NCBI GenBank assembly: GCA_002269645.1
Contig: NIVC01002173.1
Coordinates: forward strand, 1-64,000
Direction: 5' to 3'
DNA from: Macrostomum lignano
Taxonomy: Eukaryota
DNA length: 64,000 bases
Shown piece by piece: positions 53,101 through 63,918 of this stretch. The notes beneath the pieces were generated by a model. That model searched no databases. It saw only the letters and a program-made list of their open reading frames with translations, and was not told the DNA's origin. How positions within the stretch are numbered: the first letter of the stretch is position 1; each line of letters opens with the position of its first letter. A program made the translations under genes and the position numbers.

Positions 53101-56100
53101 CCATTGTTATTTCGGGGCCTTATCAACCCAAATGAGGTGAGCATTACCCACCCAGCAGCCAGACAGATGCAGGCCCGCCTACAGACCCTGGACGGGTTGT
53201 CTGCTCTGGGAGACTGGCAAAAATTATGCATAGATGAGGCCGCATCCCGCTTTGCTCTAGGCCAGGGAGATCCTGAACCAGGATCTGGAAAGCCAGTTCT
53301 TCCTCAAATCCTCATTTTCCAGACGCGATTGGGCTGGCAGGTGCTTGATGTATATTTTTATTAACTCGATCTCATTTTAATGTTGACAAGAATTCTCAGC
53401 ATCTCACTTCAAAGTCATCTCGATTTCCTAGATATGGACTGCGTAGTGCTTCCGATGGAACTCTAAAAAAGCAAAAAAAATCTACATTTTTACAGGTACC
53501 GATAGATTTCATGACGTCCAACAGTTTGACTCCATTGTCTCCAATGACGGACACTGAGTCAGTCAGGAACCCCGCCAGGAAGTCTGGGGATTTGGCAGGA
53601 GTCCGCGCTCCAGACTCTGGTTCAAGGCCTCCTTGGCCAGGCCCTGTAATTTACCCCCCCCCCGAGACCGCATCGGGGTGTGCGCTCACATTGATTGATG
53701 AAGCCAGGCCTGATTAAGATCGGCCAGGAGTCTGTGACGCATTTTGAGCAGCGCCGCATCGCCGGGTGAATATCGTCTGAGAGTAGTCGAACTTTGTTGT
53801 TCTTTGCTCCCAACGGGATAATTTTAGACCGACTCTGCTGACGCGCGGGGAGCAAGGGGGGAGTATTTTCCTCTGGGATTCAGAAATAGCTCTTCCCCTC
53901 GCCCCCTCTCCCGCCTCCTCTTTCCTAAGGGCGGGGGCTGATCGATCAGCAGCATCATCATCGCTCTCAGGCATCCCCCGATCTATTTATAGAAGCCGAG
54001 AGTTCGGGCTATTTTCGGGCAGGGGTTGCGTCACTGCTTGCAGAAGAGAGAGGGGGAATCCCGCCTAGGGCTGAGCTGCAGCTGGCAGAGCCGCCCCCGC
54101 TTATCCGACCCGGTTGAGCAGCTCCTGCGCTGCCAAATTTCTGTCTTTTTTATCTCAGCTGCCTCCTGCGCCTTTCCGCCTCCACTTGCTGTGCCGCAGC
54201 CAGTTTGAATAGTGAGCTGATAAGCAGCAGGTTGGGGGGGGGGTCTTATCTCCTAGCGCTGACCCCGCAGACAGACAGGCCCAGCTTGGAGACACCCGGC
54301 CCAGAGCTGGGGGGTGCATTGTAGCTTCTCAGCCGAGCTGCTGCCACCTTCAACCCAACTCCCACTTCTCTTCAGTGCAGCTGACTTGGGATCTGGGAAA
54401 ACCAGCAGCTGTCAGACTGGGAATCGATGGAGAGAAAAATCCCGCCTCGGAAGGCGTCTCTTGCGGAAACGTTTGACAATTTGCAGCAGAATCTGACATG
54501 AACTGGCGCCATCGCTTTGAGTATCAGGGATGCACCACTGTGTGTTAAATAGAATGCCTTAGGCTCTCTAAGCGTCAGGAATGTAACACTCTCTGCGCCT
54601 TTGGAGTTGGCCCTCACGGGTGGGTGGAACTCCATTTTCAAATGGAACTTTCTGTATCCCAACAGTTCACTTTTACACTGGCAGCATCATTTCTCAATGA
54701 AACAGAACGCTTGCATCGGAGATGAGCCGCAAATCCCGGCAGAGATAAGCAGCAGGCTCAGACCGCCTGCCGTCTGTCAGGGGGAGGCGGGGGAGGCAAC
54801 GCCAGCCTGGGGAGGCCAAGAGCAGCCTGTGTGACAGCGGCTCATTTGTACGGCCACCCAAAACCCCCTCAACTGCTTCCCCCCAAAAAAGCCGGCCTGG
54901 CAACAAATCAGCCAAGCGGAAGGCGGTGACACCAGCCAGACTCCACTCTGCTCAGCTGCTCAGCTACCCCCCCCTCCTCCAGCCTGGCATTGGGGCGCGG
55001 TGGGCACCCAGTGGTAAAGGGCAGGGGATGACAAGCAGGCGGGCGGAACCAGAGCATAAAATAACAAGCGGCAGCCCGGCGCGCTACACCATCTTCATTC
55101 ATATTCAAGTCACTTGACGAATTTCCGCAGGGAGCCCCGCCAGGTGCTGCTGAGCCTCGACCCCGGTTGCAGCAGCTCCGGCAGCAGCAGCGCCAACGGC
55201 AGCAGCGGCGGAGGCCCCGGCCTCGGCTTCAACATTGTCGGCGGCCAGGACGGCGCCGGCGTCTTCGTGAGCGGCCTGCTGCCAGGCGGCATCGCCGAGC
55301 GCTCCCGACGACTGCGCCGCGGTGACCAGCTGCTGGCGGTGAACGGCGCCGATCTCTGCCGGGCCGGACACTGCGAAGCGGCCGCGGCTCTCAAATCGGC
55401 GGTCGCGGCGGCAGCAGCGGCAAGCAAAAGCGGCAAGGCGGGCGCGGTGCAGCTGCTGGTCGCCTACCGGCCAGAGGAGTTCACGCGGTTCCAAGCGCGG
55501 GTCCTGCGCGCCAAAGAGCTTCAGCAGCAACAGCAGGCAGCGGCCGCGGCGGCAGAGGCAATGCTCCCAACGGCTGATGCTGACGGTGACGCGGACGTCG
55601 GCACGGCGACGCTGAAGACAACGCAGAAGCGCAGCGTCTACGTCCGAGCTGAGTTCGACTTCGACCCGGCGCGCGAGTCCGGGCTGCCGAACCGCGGCAT
55701 CGCCTTCCGGCGCGGCGACATCCTGCACGTCACCAACGCCTCCGACGACGAGTGGTGGCAGGCGCGCCGAGTTGGCAACTCCGGCAGCCAGGCCAGCTTC
55801 GGCATCGTGCCGTCCAAGCGACGGGTTGAGCGGCGCGAGCGGGCAAAGCTGCGCAAAGTCAACTTCAACAACAGCCGCAGCGGCAGCGGCGGAGGCGGCT
55901 CGACCGAGACCAGCCTCGACGGCAGCAGCGGCGGCAGAGGCGGCGGCGGCTCGCTGGACCGCAGCTCCGCCAAGAAGAAGCCGTCATTGCTGCAGCGGCT
56001 GCACATCGGCCACCACCACCACCACCACCATCACCACGACCACCAGTCCGGCCAGCAGCAGCGAAGCCTCCAGGAAGACGACGACGACTTGGTCTCGGCG

Positions 56101-57422
56101 GCCACGACAGCTTCGGGTGGCTCCACCGAGGCCGGCAGCCAGCGAATTCCGTCCTACGAGCTGGTGCGGCAGACCAAGCCAACGGCCACCCGGCCAATCA
56201 TTCTGCTGGGCCCGCTGCGCGACCAGCTGAATGACGCCCTGGCCAGCAACTACCCGGACCGGTTCGCCAGCTGCGTTCCGCACACCACCCGGGCGCCGCG
56301 GGAGGGCGAGGAGGACGGCCGGGACTACCACTTCGTGGCCAGCCGCGAGCAGATGGAGCGGGATATCGCCGGCCAGCAGTTCGTGGAGGCCGGCCGCTAC
56401 AACGGCAATCTGTACGGCACCTCCGTCCAGAGTGTCCGGGCCGTGGCGGACAGCGGCCGGCACTGCATCCTGGACGTGTCCGGCCAGGCCATTCGGCGGC
56501 TGGAGGCGGCCGGCCTGCACCCTATTGTGATCTTCTTGCGGCCGCTGGCGCCGGAGAACATCGCGCAGCTGCGGCCGGAGGTCGGGCCAGAGCAGGCGGC
56601 CGCGCTGTTTGAGAAGGCCGGCAAGATCGAAGCAGAGTTCGGCAGCATGTTCACTGGTGAGGCCTCGCATGTCAGAAAATGCGTCAGAAAAATGTCAAGG
56701 AATGTGTCGAAAAAATGTGTCAAAAAAGACGAATGTCAACGGTTTGTCAGACGAATGTCAGACGGTTCATCGAATGTCGGACGGTTCATCAAATGTCGGA
56801 CGATGTGTCACACGAATTAATGTCGAATTTTGAACGAATGTGTCAGACGAAGTGTCAGACGATGTGTCAGACGAATGTGTCAGACGATGTGTCAGACGAA
56901 TGTGTCAGACGATGTGTCAGACGATGTGTCAGACGATGTGTCAGACGAATGTGTCAGACGATGTGTCAGACGAATGTGTCAGACGATGTGTCAGAATAAT
57001 GTGTCAGACGATGTGTCAAGCGAATGTGTCAGACAAATGTGTTGGAATGCCAGAATGTCAGACTACGCATTCAAAATAATTTCAGACGATCTGTCCGCTA
57101 AAAACATTTCGGATGTTGTGTCAGGTGAATATCTTGCGGTGTGTGGTGTGTCAGGAGAACCATAGAAATTTGCACCAGGCGGTGTCAGTAAAACCCAGTC
57201 AGCCAGTTTCAAATTATTTTATTCATGCAAAGCTGGGCGTGAACATTCAGATAGGAATTCACCCGGTCGCTCGCTTATCCCTGACCGACTCAAACCAAAC
57301 CCGACCCTGCAGCCGCTGTCTCGGGCAGCACAGTGGAGGACCTGTTCGCCCAGGTCAGGCGCGTCATCGCCCAGCACGCCGACCAGATGGTGTGGGTCGC
57401 CTGCACCGACGACCAGCTGTGA
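35188..57422 (+). CDS. DLG1: Discs large (DLG1/SAP97-type MAGUK): L27, PDZ1-3, SH3, HOOK, GK; ~980 aa
   Basis: Phase-compatible exons: 35188-35206 (MPINKQ), 37132-37263 (DATRALELLEQYQ...IFKSKLFNALV), 37367-37503 (EIQEFYEVTLLD), 39610-40033 (PDZ1 GFGFSIAGG), 40468-40824 (PDZ2 GLGFSIAGG), 43736-43843, 47864-47993 (...GELNGWTR), 55131-56656 (EPR...PDZ3 GLGFNIVGG, SH3 YVRAEFDFD...WWQA, GK VPHTTR...YNGNLYGTS), 57313-57422 (...VWVACTDDQL*). The two linker exons are less certain than the domain exons. Confidence 0.93.
37545..38502. repeat. Intronic minisatellite, 23-bp unit ggataacaggctattcagtgact
   Basis: Period 23, starting ~40 nt after the donor at 37504. Confidence 0.95.
40137..40426. repeat. 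Intronic minisatellite, 13-bp unit ggactcacctctc
   Basis: Highly homogeneous array between the PDZ1 and PDZ2 exons. Confidence 0.95.
40829..41369. repeat. Intronic minisatellite, 32-bp unit gttgctgactcatctgtatgtgctcagctatg
   Basis: Period 32, beginning within the donor site gtgagt at 40825. Confidence 0.95.
42052..43438. repeat. Compound intronic array: 35-bp unit (42052-42287) grading into 39-bp unit (42280-43438)
   Basis: Units ctgtacaggtgggtcagctgacccagccaataagt and gagtgtgtagagattgggtcagccatctcctgacccagt share the core gggtcag...ctgaccc. Confidence 0.95.
43849..44790. repeat. Intronic minisatellite, 24-bp unit gactgagctgcatgaccataccct
   Basis: Begins directly after the donor gtaagt (43844) and degenerates at its 3' end. 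Confidence 0.95.
44861..45097. repeat. Intronic minisatellite, 19-bp unit gcagtcatgaggtcacaat
   Basis: Period 19, ending ~20 nt before the acceptor at 45116. Confidence 0.95.
45117..45208 (+). CDS. DLG1: Putative alternative terminal exon of DLG (AGFQGPPDGAPSSSKKSKGLGGLFGGGKKK*), giving a ~422-aa L27-PDZ1-PDZ2 isoform
   Basis: Acceptor cccctctacccgcag at 45116, in phase 1 and so compatible with the upstream exon. The exon has GC-rich, gene-like codon usage, a stop at 45206-45208 and AATAAA at 45542-45547. Confidence 0.6.
46417..46972. repeat. Intronic minisatellite, 45-bp unit
   Basis: tgtaggcatgtcagggtgacggatggcgtgctgtcttcaggtttg repeated about 12 times. Confidence 0.95.
48008..48461. repeat. 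Intronic minisatellite, 21-bp unit gatgtgtgaatgaggaattca
   Basis: Starts ~14 nt after the donor at 47994. Confidence 0.9.
49065..49400. repeat. Polypyrimidine (CT-rich) microsatellite-like tract
   Basis: More than 300 nt almost exclusively C/T on the + strand. Confidence 0.9.
50378..50925. repeat. Intronic minisatellite, 18-bp unit ctgacacaaactcattcc
   Basis: Visible tandem array. Confidence 0.95.
51585..51872. repeat. Intronic minisatellite, 12-bp unit gagacagcaagt
   Basis: Visible tandem array that explains the SETA/LAVS/LSHL ORFs. Confidence 0.95.
52483..53064. repeat. Intronic minisatellite, 24-bp unit gtctaacaggtgcagattgtgcct
   Basis: Visible tandem array. Confidence 0.95.
56820..57030. 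repeat. Intronic 12/13-bp repeat gtcagacga(a)tgt
   Basis: In the last DLG intron, with degenerate copies back to ~56680. Confidence 0.9.
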
Positions 57423-58134
57423 TCTGCCGCGGTTCACTGCAGCGGAAGCCGACTCTTGCACAGTCGCGCCAGTCACTGAGCCGCCCATTTTACACGCTCA
57501 ACAAATGTGCTTATCTGCTTAGCCAATGTTCTCAGTGACAGTTCTTAAGCGCCCGCGCCCAGTATTTGGAAGCCAGCCGGCACCCCCTGCTGTGCAGCCC
57601 CACCCCCCGGCAGTAGCAGGAAAAGAGGCTTTATTTCTTAAAAAAAGGCTGGCTTCAGGCGAAAAATGCACTGCCGAGATGTACCTTGAACAGTATTGAA
57701 CAGCCAATGAAGTTAATGATGCGGTGACACCTACTCGTGCAACATGAGCAGGAGTTGATTGAAGAATAAATTAAAAATACGATGCCTCGAACAAAAAAGC
57801 AATTCTTATCTTGGAAAGTGCACTTTGAGCGTCAAGCTGGCCTTCAAATCATGCTTTCTAAGAAATCTTAATATCCTTCTAACTGCGTATTCCTGGAGTC
57901 TCTATAAATTGTATTCTCGCACCCGTTCTCAGATGGATCAGCAAAAGCCCGGCCGGCCTGAGCTCACTGAGTGAATTGAACTTCAAAATCTTGCTTTTGT
58001 CGCTGCCTGGAAGCGGCCATTCTAGCGATACGCCTCAATAAACCAAACTCAGTCTTGTACTCGGATTTTCAGATAAATTCCTTTCGGTCCGCAGCTTGCC
58101 TCTCAGTTATTTGACGGCTAAAGGCCACTAGGGA

Positions 58135-58963
58135 AATGGGGAGCCAGGGACAGATGAAGCAGGGGGATTCTGCATTGGGGAATATGGGGAGCCAGGGACA
58201 GATGAAGCAGGGGGATTCTGCATTGGGAAATATGGGGAGCCAGGGACAGATGAAGCAGGGGGATTCTGCATTGGGGAATATGGGGAGCATGGGACAGATG
58301 AAGCAGGATTCTGCATTGGGAAATATGGAGAGCCAGGGACAGATGAAGCAGGGGGATTCTGCATTGGGGAATATGGGGAGCCAGGGACAGATGAAGCAGG
58401 ATTCTGCACTGGGGAATATGGAGAGTTAGGGACAGATGAAGCAGGATTCTGCATTGGGAAATATGGGGAGCCAGGGACAGATGAAGCAGGGGGATTCTGC
58501 ACTGGGGAACATGGGGAGCCAGGGACAGATGAAGCAGGGGGATTCTGCACTGGGGAATATGGGGAGCCAGGGACAGATGAAGCAGGATTCTGCACTGGGA
58601 AATATGGGGAGCCAGGGACAGATGAAGCAGGGGGATTCTGCATTGGGGAATATGGGGAGCCAGGGACAGATGAAGCAGAGGGATTCTGAACTGGGGAACA
58701 TGGGGAGCCAGGGACAGATGAAGCAGGATTCTGCATTGGGAAATATGGGGAGCCAGGGACAGATGAAGCAGAGGGATTCTGCACTGGGGAATATGGGGAG
58801 CCAGGGACAGATGAAGCAGGATTCTGCACTGGGAAATATGGGGAGCCAGGGACAGATGAAGCAGGATTCTGCACTGGAGAATATGGGGAGCCAGGGACAG
58901 ATGAAGCAGGATTCTGCACTGGGGAATATGAGGAGCCAGGGACAGATGAAGCAGGATTCTGTA
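58135..58963. repeat. Minisatellite, 48/45-bp unit atggggagccagggacagatgaagcag(ggg)gattctgcattggggaat
   Basis: Tandem array downstream of the DLG stop codon. Confidence 0.95.
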
Positions 58964-59817
58964 CTGGTTCGGTCTCCAGATGCAATCATCATGAGAAAAT
59001 CTGCTCGATAAACTTACGAGTGCTCCTCAGTTGTTTAATTTTTTTCGATTCCGGAGATCCAGAAGCTGAGATATTGTGAGTGCTGCACTAAAAGCTGAAA
59101 ACTGAAAGTGTGTCGAAATGTTCTGCTGTAATTTAGATCTTTTGAAAAGTGCTCACCCCTGAGCTGCCCGGGAAAAGCTCTCGGCTATTTTTGGAAACAT
59201 TGAAGTCACCCTCCTTGAAAGCAGCATTTTTAACTCAAAGCTTGAGAAGCCGCGGTCAGCTGGCTTTCATTCAGCTCAAATTGCCTCAAAATGCCTCCCG
59301 AGTGCCGCCGGCAACGCCCGCGCTCCCGGTCCGGGAGGTGCAGCTGGAATGCGGGGATATTTTTAGCCAGGCCGATTTGCTGAGCTCGACAGATGCTGGA
59401 TGCGTCATCTCAGTTGCCGCTTCAGTGGGATTGCGTGCAATGCGGAATTCGATCGTCGGACAGCGGGCACAGCGCACGAGTGAAAAAGTTCAAAGAAATG
59501 GGAATCGGGAAGCACAGGCAATTATCAGTAAATTAAGATTAAATTTCTGCTGTTAAAAGCAGCATGCCGAAGATAAATTGAGCTATTTAGCACTACACAT
59601 GCCGCGTGAATCTATAGAAGTACTGCCACAGAGGATCAGGGACTTCCTGGGTCCAGTATTTACAATAAGAGCCAAATAATTAAATAGCTAAATAGAGCTA
59701 GATTAGCAATCCAGGCTAGATTAATGAGCAACTATGAATATCATTAGCAATTCATGATTTGGGCCAGAGAATAGGACTAATTAGAACTAGCATTCAATGA
59801 CTGGGATTAGCATTTCA

Positions 59818-60212
59818 TTCCTAGGATTAGCAGTCCATGACTGAATGATTAGCAGTCCATAACTGAATGATTAGCAGTCCATGACTGAATGATTAACAGT
59901 CCATGACTGAATGATTAGCAGTCCATGACTGAATGATTAGCAGTCCATGACTGAATGATTAGCAGTCCATGACTGAATGATTAGCAGTCCATGACTGAAT
60001 GATAAGCAGTCCATGACTGAATGATTAGCAGTCCATGACTGAATGATTAGCAGTCCATGACTGAATGATAAGCAGTCCATGACTGAATGATAAGCAGTCC
60101 ATGACTGAATGATTAGCAGTCCATGACTGAATGATTAGCAGTCCATGACTGAATGATTAGCAGTCCATGACTGAATGATTAGCAGTCCATGACTGAATGA
60201 TTAGCAGTCCAT
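59818..60212. repeat. Minisatellite, 22-bp unit ttagcagtccatgactgaatga
   Basis: Period 22, ending ~20 nt from the ATG16L-like stop codon (probable 3' UTR). Confidence 0.95.
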
Positions 60213-60233
60213 GGGCCAGACCGACAGCCAGGG

Positions 60234-61650
60234 CTAGCAGCCGTACTCCAGCTCAATCCCGTCGATCCGCACCCGGCCGCTCCTGTCGCAGGTGGCCACC
60301 TGCAGCGGCTGGCATCGGCGGCTCTCGAAGCCGCCATCGGGCCGCCAGGCAGCGGCCATCACGGAGGCGCTGTCGAGCGGGCGCCGGTGTAGCAGGCGGG
60401 CGGTGCGGCAGCTCCACACGTACAGCTGGCCATCGGCAGAGCCGACAGCTGCGAGCCGCCCACACCGGCTGAGACCGCAGCGGCTGCCCGGCCGCAGGCG
60501 GAGCCCGTCGGCGCAGAGGTCGGCCAGCGGCCTGCCGGGCATCCGCGAGTCCAGCAGCAGCAGCTGCGCCTCCAGCCCAGCCAGCAGGCTGCACGACTGG
60601 CCCGGACAGGTGGCCAGACTGGCGGCCGGCCAGCCGCAGTCGGCCAGTTCGAGTGCCCGTCCGGCGGCCGACAGCCGGGCGTCATACAGGCGTACCCGGC
60701 CGTCCGAGTGGCTGGCGGCCAGCGTGGCCGGGTCGCCTGGCAGCGCGGCGAGGTCGGCGCAGGGTGCGGCACAGTCGATGGCGAGGCTGCACCGCGGCGG
60801 CGAGGAGGCGCCAAGGTCCCACAGGCAGATGAGCTGCCCGGCCGTGGCCACCTGGCCGGGGGGCGCGGAGAGGAACCTGCGAGGATGGATTGTGGGGGGT
60901 CAGATTGCTGCAGCTCCAGAGTGCTTTGGACGAGCCGAACTCGTACACTCCTCACCGGACAGCCGCAGCTCCGGGCTCGGCCAGGCGGGTGGGCAGCGGC
61001 CGGACCTCACTGCCATCGTCCACCGACCAGAGCCGAATGCTGTCAGACGCGGCGCCAGCCAGCAGCCGGCCGGCCGGGCAAAACTGAACGCTGCTCAGCC
61101 CGCCGCTGTCAAATTCAGCCACTTTGACGACCTTCAACTGACTTGGTTGCACCGTCCAGACCCTCGCCGGGCCGTCAGCCACGGCCGAGGCCATCAGCCG
61201 GCCACTAACCGACCAGGCCACTTCGCCATGTACGGCGCCGCCGCTTCGGCCGCCAGCCGTGCCGGCCGCCGCAGTTTCCGACGCTTCCAGCCGCCGGTTG
61301 AGCCGCTCCGCCAGGCGGCGGCTGAAGTTGAGCCAGCGGCCGAGCAGCCGGCGGTTCTCCGTCTCCAGGCCGCGCTCTCGGGCCGCCAGCTCGGCCAGGT
61401 GAGCCTCGGCGGACGCGAGCTCGGCCACATTCCGGTCGCGCTGGTTGGCCAGGCCTCGAACTTCGCGCCGCAGCCGGCCAACCTCGAGCTGCAGACTGGC
61501 CGCGAGCTGCTCAGTGGCCGCCAGATCCGCCGACCGCCGCGCCAGGTCGTCCGCGGCTCGACGAAGCGCCGATTCGATGGCGACGGCGTCAAGAAGGAGG
61601 CGCTCGCGATCTGCCTGCAGCTCGCGTAGGCGGGCCTCCGCGCTGGACAT
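60234..61650 (-). CDS. ATG16L: ATG16L-like protein (ATG16 coiled coil + WD40 propeller), at least 445 aa; probable extra upstream exon 62058-61941
   Basis: Exons 61650-60956 and 60876-60234 are joined by a 79-nt GT-AG intron (AVR|FLSAPPG). The coiled coil ends ETENRRLLGRWLNFSRRLAERLN (ATG16 pattern ENxxLxxRWxxxxxxxAExLN). WD repeats include GRLAAVGSADGQLYVWS, close to ATG16L1 GSYVAAGSAEGSLYIWS. The upstream exon 62058-61941 splices in phase 2 to an acceptor at 61643. Confidence 0.75.
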
Positions 61651-63918
61651 TCCGGAATGATTGGGGGGCGAATGTACTTTTAATTGCAAAGCTCGTAGGA
61701 GGACTTTTAATCAGGAGCACGGTTGCCTTAATTTAGTGTTCACGACATGGGAAAGTTGGCTTGGAGTCTGATGAGAATCCAGGGTAGCCAGATGTGCAAC
61801 CCTATGTGAGCTTTTCATGGAATTTAAGATGCAGCATTTTAAAAACAAAATACGAAGCATTCACAGAAGAATTTTGTATTGGAAACATGTTTTTAATTGT
61901 GTCAATATTAATTAAACTATTTAACAACATAGGAACTAACCCTTCATCATCGAGTTCAATTAGCTTTGAGCAGGCCAAGTTTCGCAGCTTTCTATTTTCA
62001 GCTAGCAGTCGAGTCTGCTTGGCGAGTGCGCGATCTTCTTTCAACTGCAGTCGACCAACTGAACAAATGTAAAATAGGAAGTATTTAGCAAGATTTATGA
62101 GCTATATTTAAATTGTTTAACACAAGTAAATAAGCATATAACATATATATGAATATTATAAGTACCAACAACTGTATTATTAATTTATTGTACGAAAAAC
62201 TTATTATTTGAAGTCAGTAATGCTAAAATAATGATATTTATTCTCAGGTTAGGAAAATTTTAATGCTTGGATTACCCTGGATATTTGCTGGACATCCAAT
62301 AAAAATTGTTTTTAGAACTAAATGCAGAATTTTGTCAATTTGGGAACAATATATATTAAATATATAAAGCACTATATTTTTCCATGAAATAGTACTTTAT
62401 ATTTTTATTATATTATATTGAAGTGGACATACACAAATTATAAAAAACAAAAAACTCTTTAATTCAGTTTTTTAAACCCAAACAGCTATTGGTATAGATC
62501 CACAACTGTATAACTTACAAGATAAAATCAACGACTCAAAAGCTTTCTCCCTGGAATCTCTCAAATCCAGCTGCTTTGAAATACTTTCCAGCCACATTAT
62601 CAATCTCTGATGGCAGTAATGAAGTTGCATTAATTATTTTGAAAGGCTCTCGTAGGCGCCGATTAAGCGTGATCCAGTTCCCTAGAATGGGGCGATTTGA
62701 ATTGACCCGATTTTGCGCGGTATAACAAAATGTGCAAGCTTCTGTTAGTCTAAAAACTACTTTGAAATAGTTTGCACAATACAATACTTTTCACAATACT
62801 TTGCACAATTTTTGGATTGATACTATAACTTATATACACAGTATACTTTATATGCTATTTAATATATACTTTATTTTACTCCACTATGTAATCTATGTAA
62901 GGTAATGACTAGATAAGGTAACGCCTATGTAAGGTAAGGAATTGTATTTTGTAGATTTTTATTTACTTAATATTTATTCATAAGTTTTTGTCTCTATCCT
63001 GACATCTCGAAATTCGAAAAAATCGAAAGCATCGAACCACATGTAATAATTAAACTGCTACTGATGCTGATAATTATTAATACCAAGATAGAAGGCTACT
63101 GTGCAACTCTGCATAGAAAAATAAAGGAAAAATTATTTTAAAAAAATTGAGAATACATAATGCTTCCATTCTTATTTGTTACTAACTGGATGCTTCCATT
63201 ATTATATTTATTGTTTATTCACCTTTTTTGTAGAAACGATCGTGCTTCCTGGAGAATCATAAATGAATAGAATACGTCTCAAGGAATGTTCCTACAACTA
63301 AAAAACTACGTATTGGAGACGTCTAAATTTATATCTCTATATAACTAAATCTAAATTTGACGAACACGTACTTTTCTTTAATTTCAGTCATTTTTACACG
63401 CATTTGTTGCTTCATTTTTATAAAAGTTAAAAGTATATTAAAATTTCGACGGCTTTATTTGGCGTTACTAATGGAAAACTTAAATATTCACGCGCACACT
63501 AAACCATACAGTCTACTTTACACTGTATCTATCGAATATCAAGTTGGAACTCTCAATAATCGCATTACTTAACGCCCGGAACAAACAATTGCAAGGGAGC
63601 CGCACATTTTTGGGGATGCATGATTAAGCGCGCAGCACATAAACGCACATTTTTCAACTGCTCTCAGTGACACAAGCGCGCGTCTTAAATGCATGAGTTT
63701 GGCACAAGCGCGCGTCTTAAACGCGCGTCTTAGATGCGCAAGCGCGCATTCGAGACGCATCAACCTGAATGCTGCAGCTTGAAGTTAGAATAACAAAGAC
63801 TCAAATTCAAAACTTAGTTCAAATTTTAACATTTTGGTTGTGAGCATCTTAACATTTTAAGTCCGAACATTTCAACTTTGTGAAAAATAAATATAGAGTA
63901 AAAATTCTTCCTGACTTT

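Noticed and set aside
15019-58992. Many long repetitive ORFs (CWCVNGF, MERLRCQGS, THLSDSPLG, AAQSGYGH, HKPEDSTP, SGNEFV, SETA, HNLHLLDR, MGSQGQMKQ, VQNPASSVPGSP)
   Set aside because: These are translations of stop-free minisatellite units, mostly inside introns defined by flanking exons. They are open on both strands and show no domain signal.
59149-59556. 135-aa ORF between DLG and ATG16L
   Set aside because: Non-ATG start, no domain and no clear splice partners.
63580-63780. Short reiterated acaagcgcgcgtcttaaa motifs
   Set aside because: Possibly a transposon subterminal region, but no TIR or TSD could be defined within the window.
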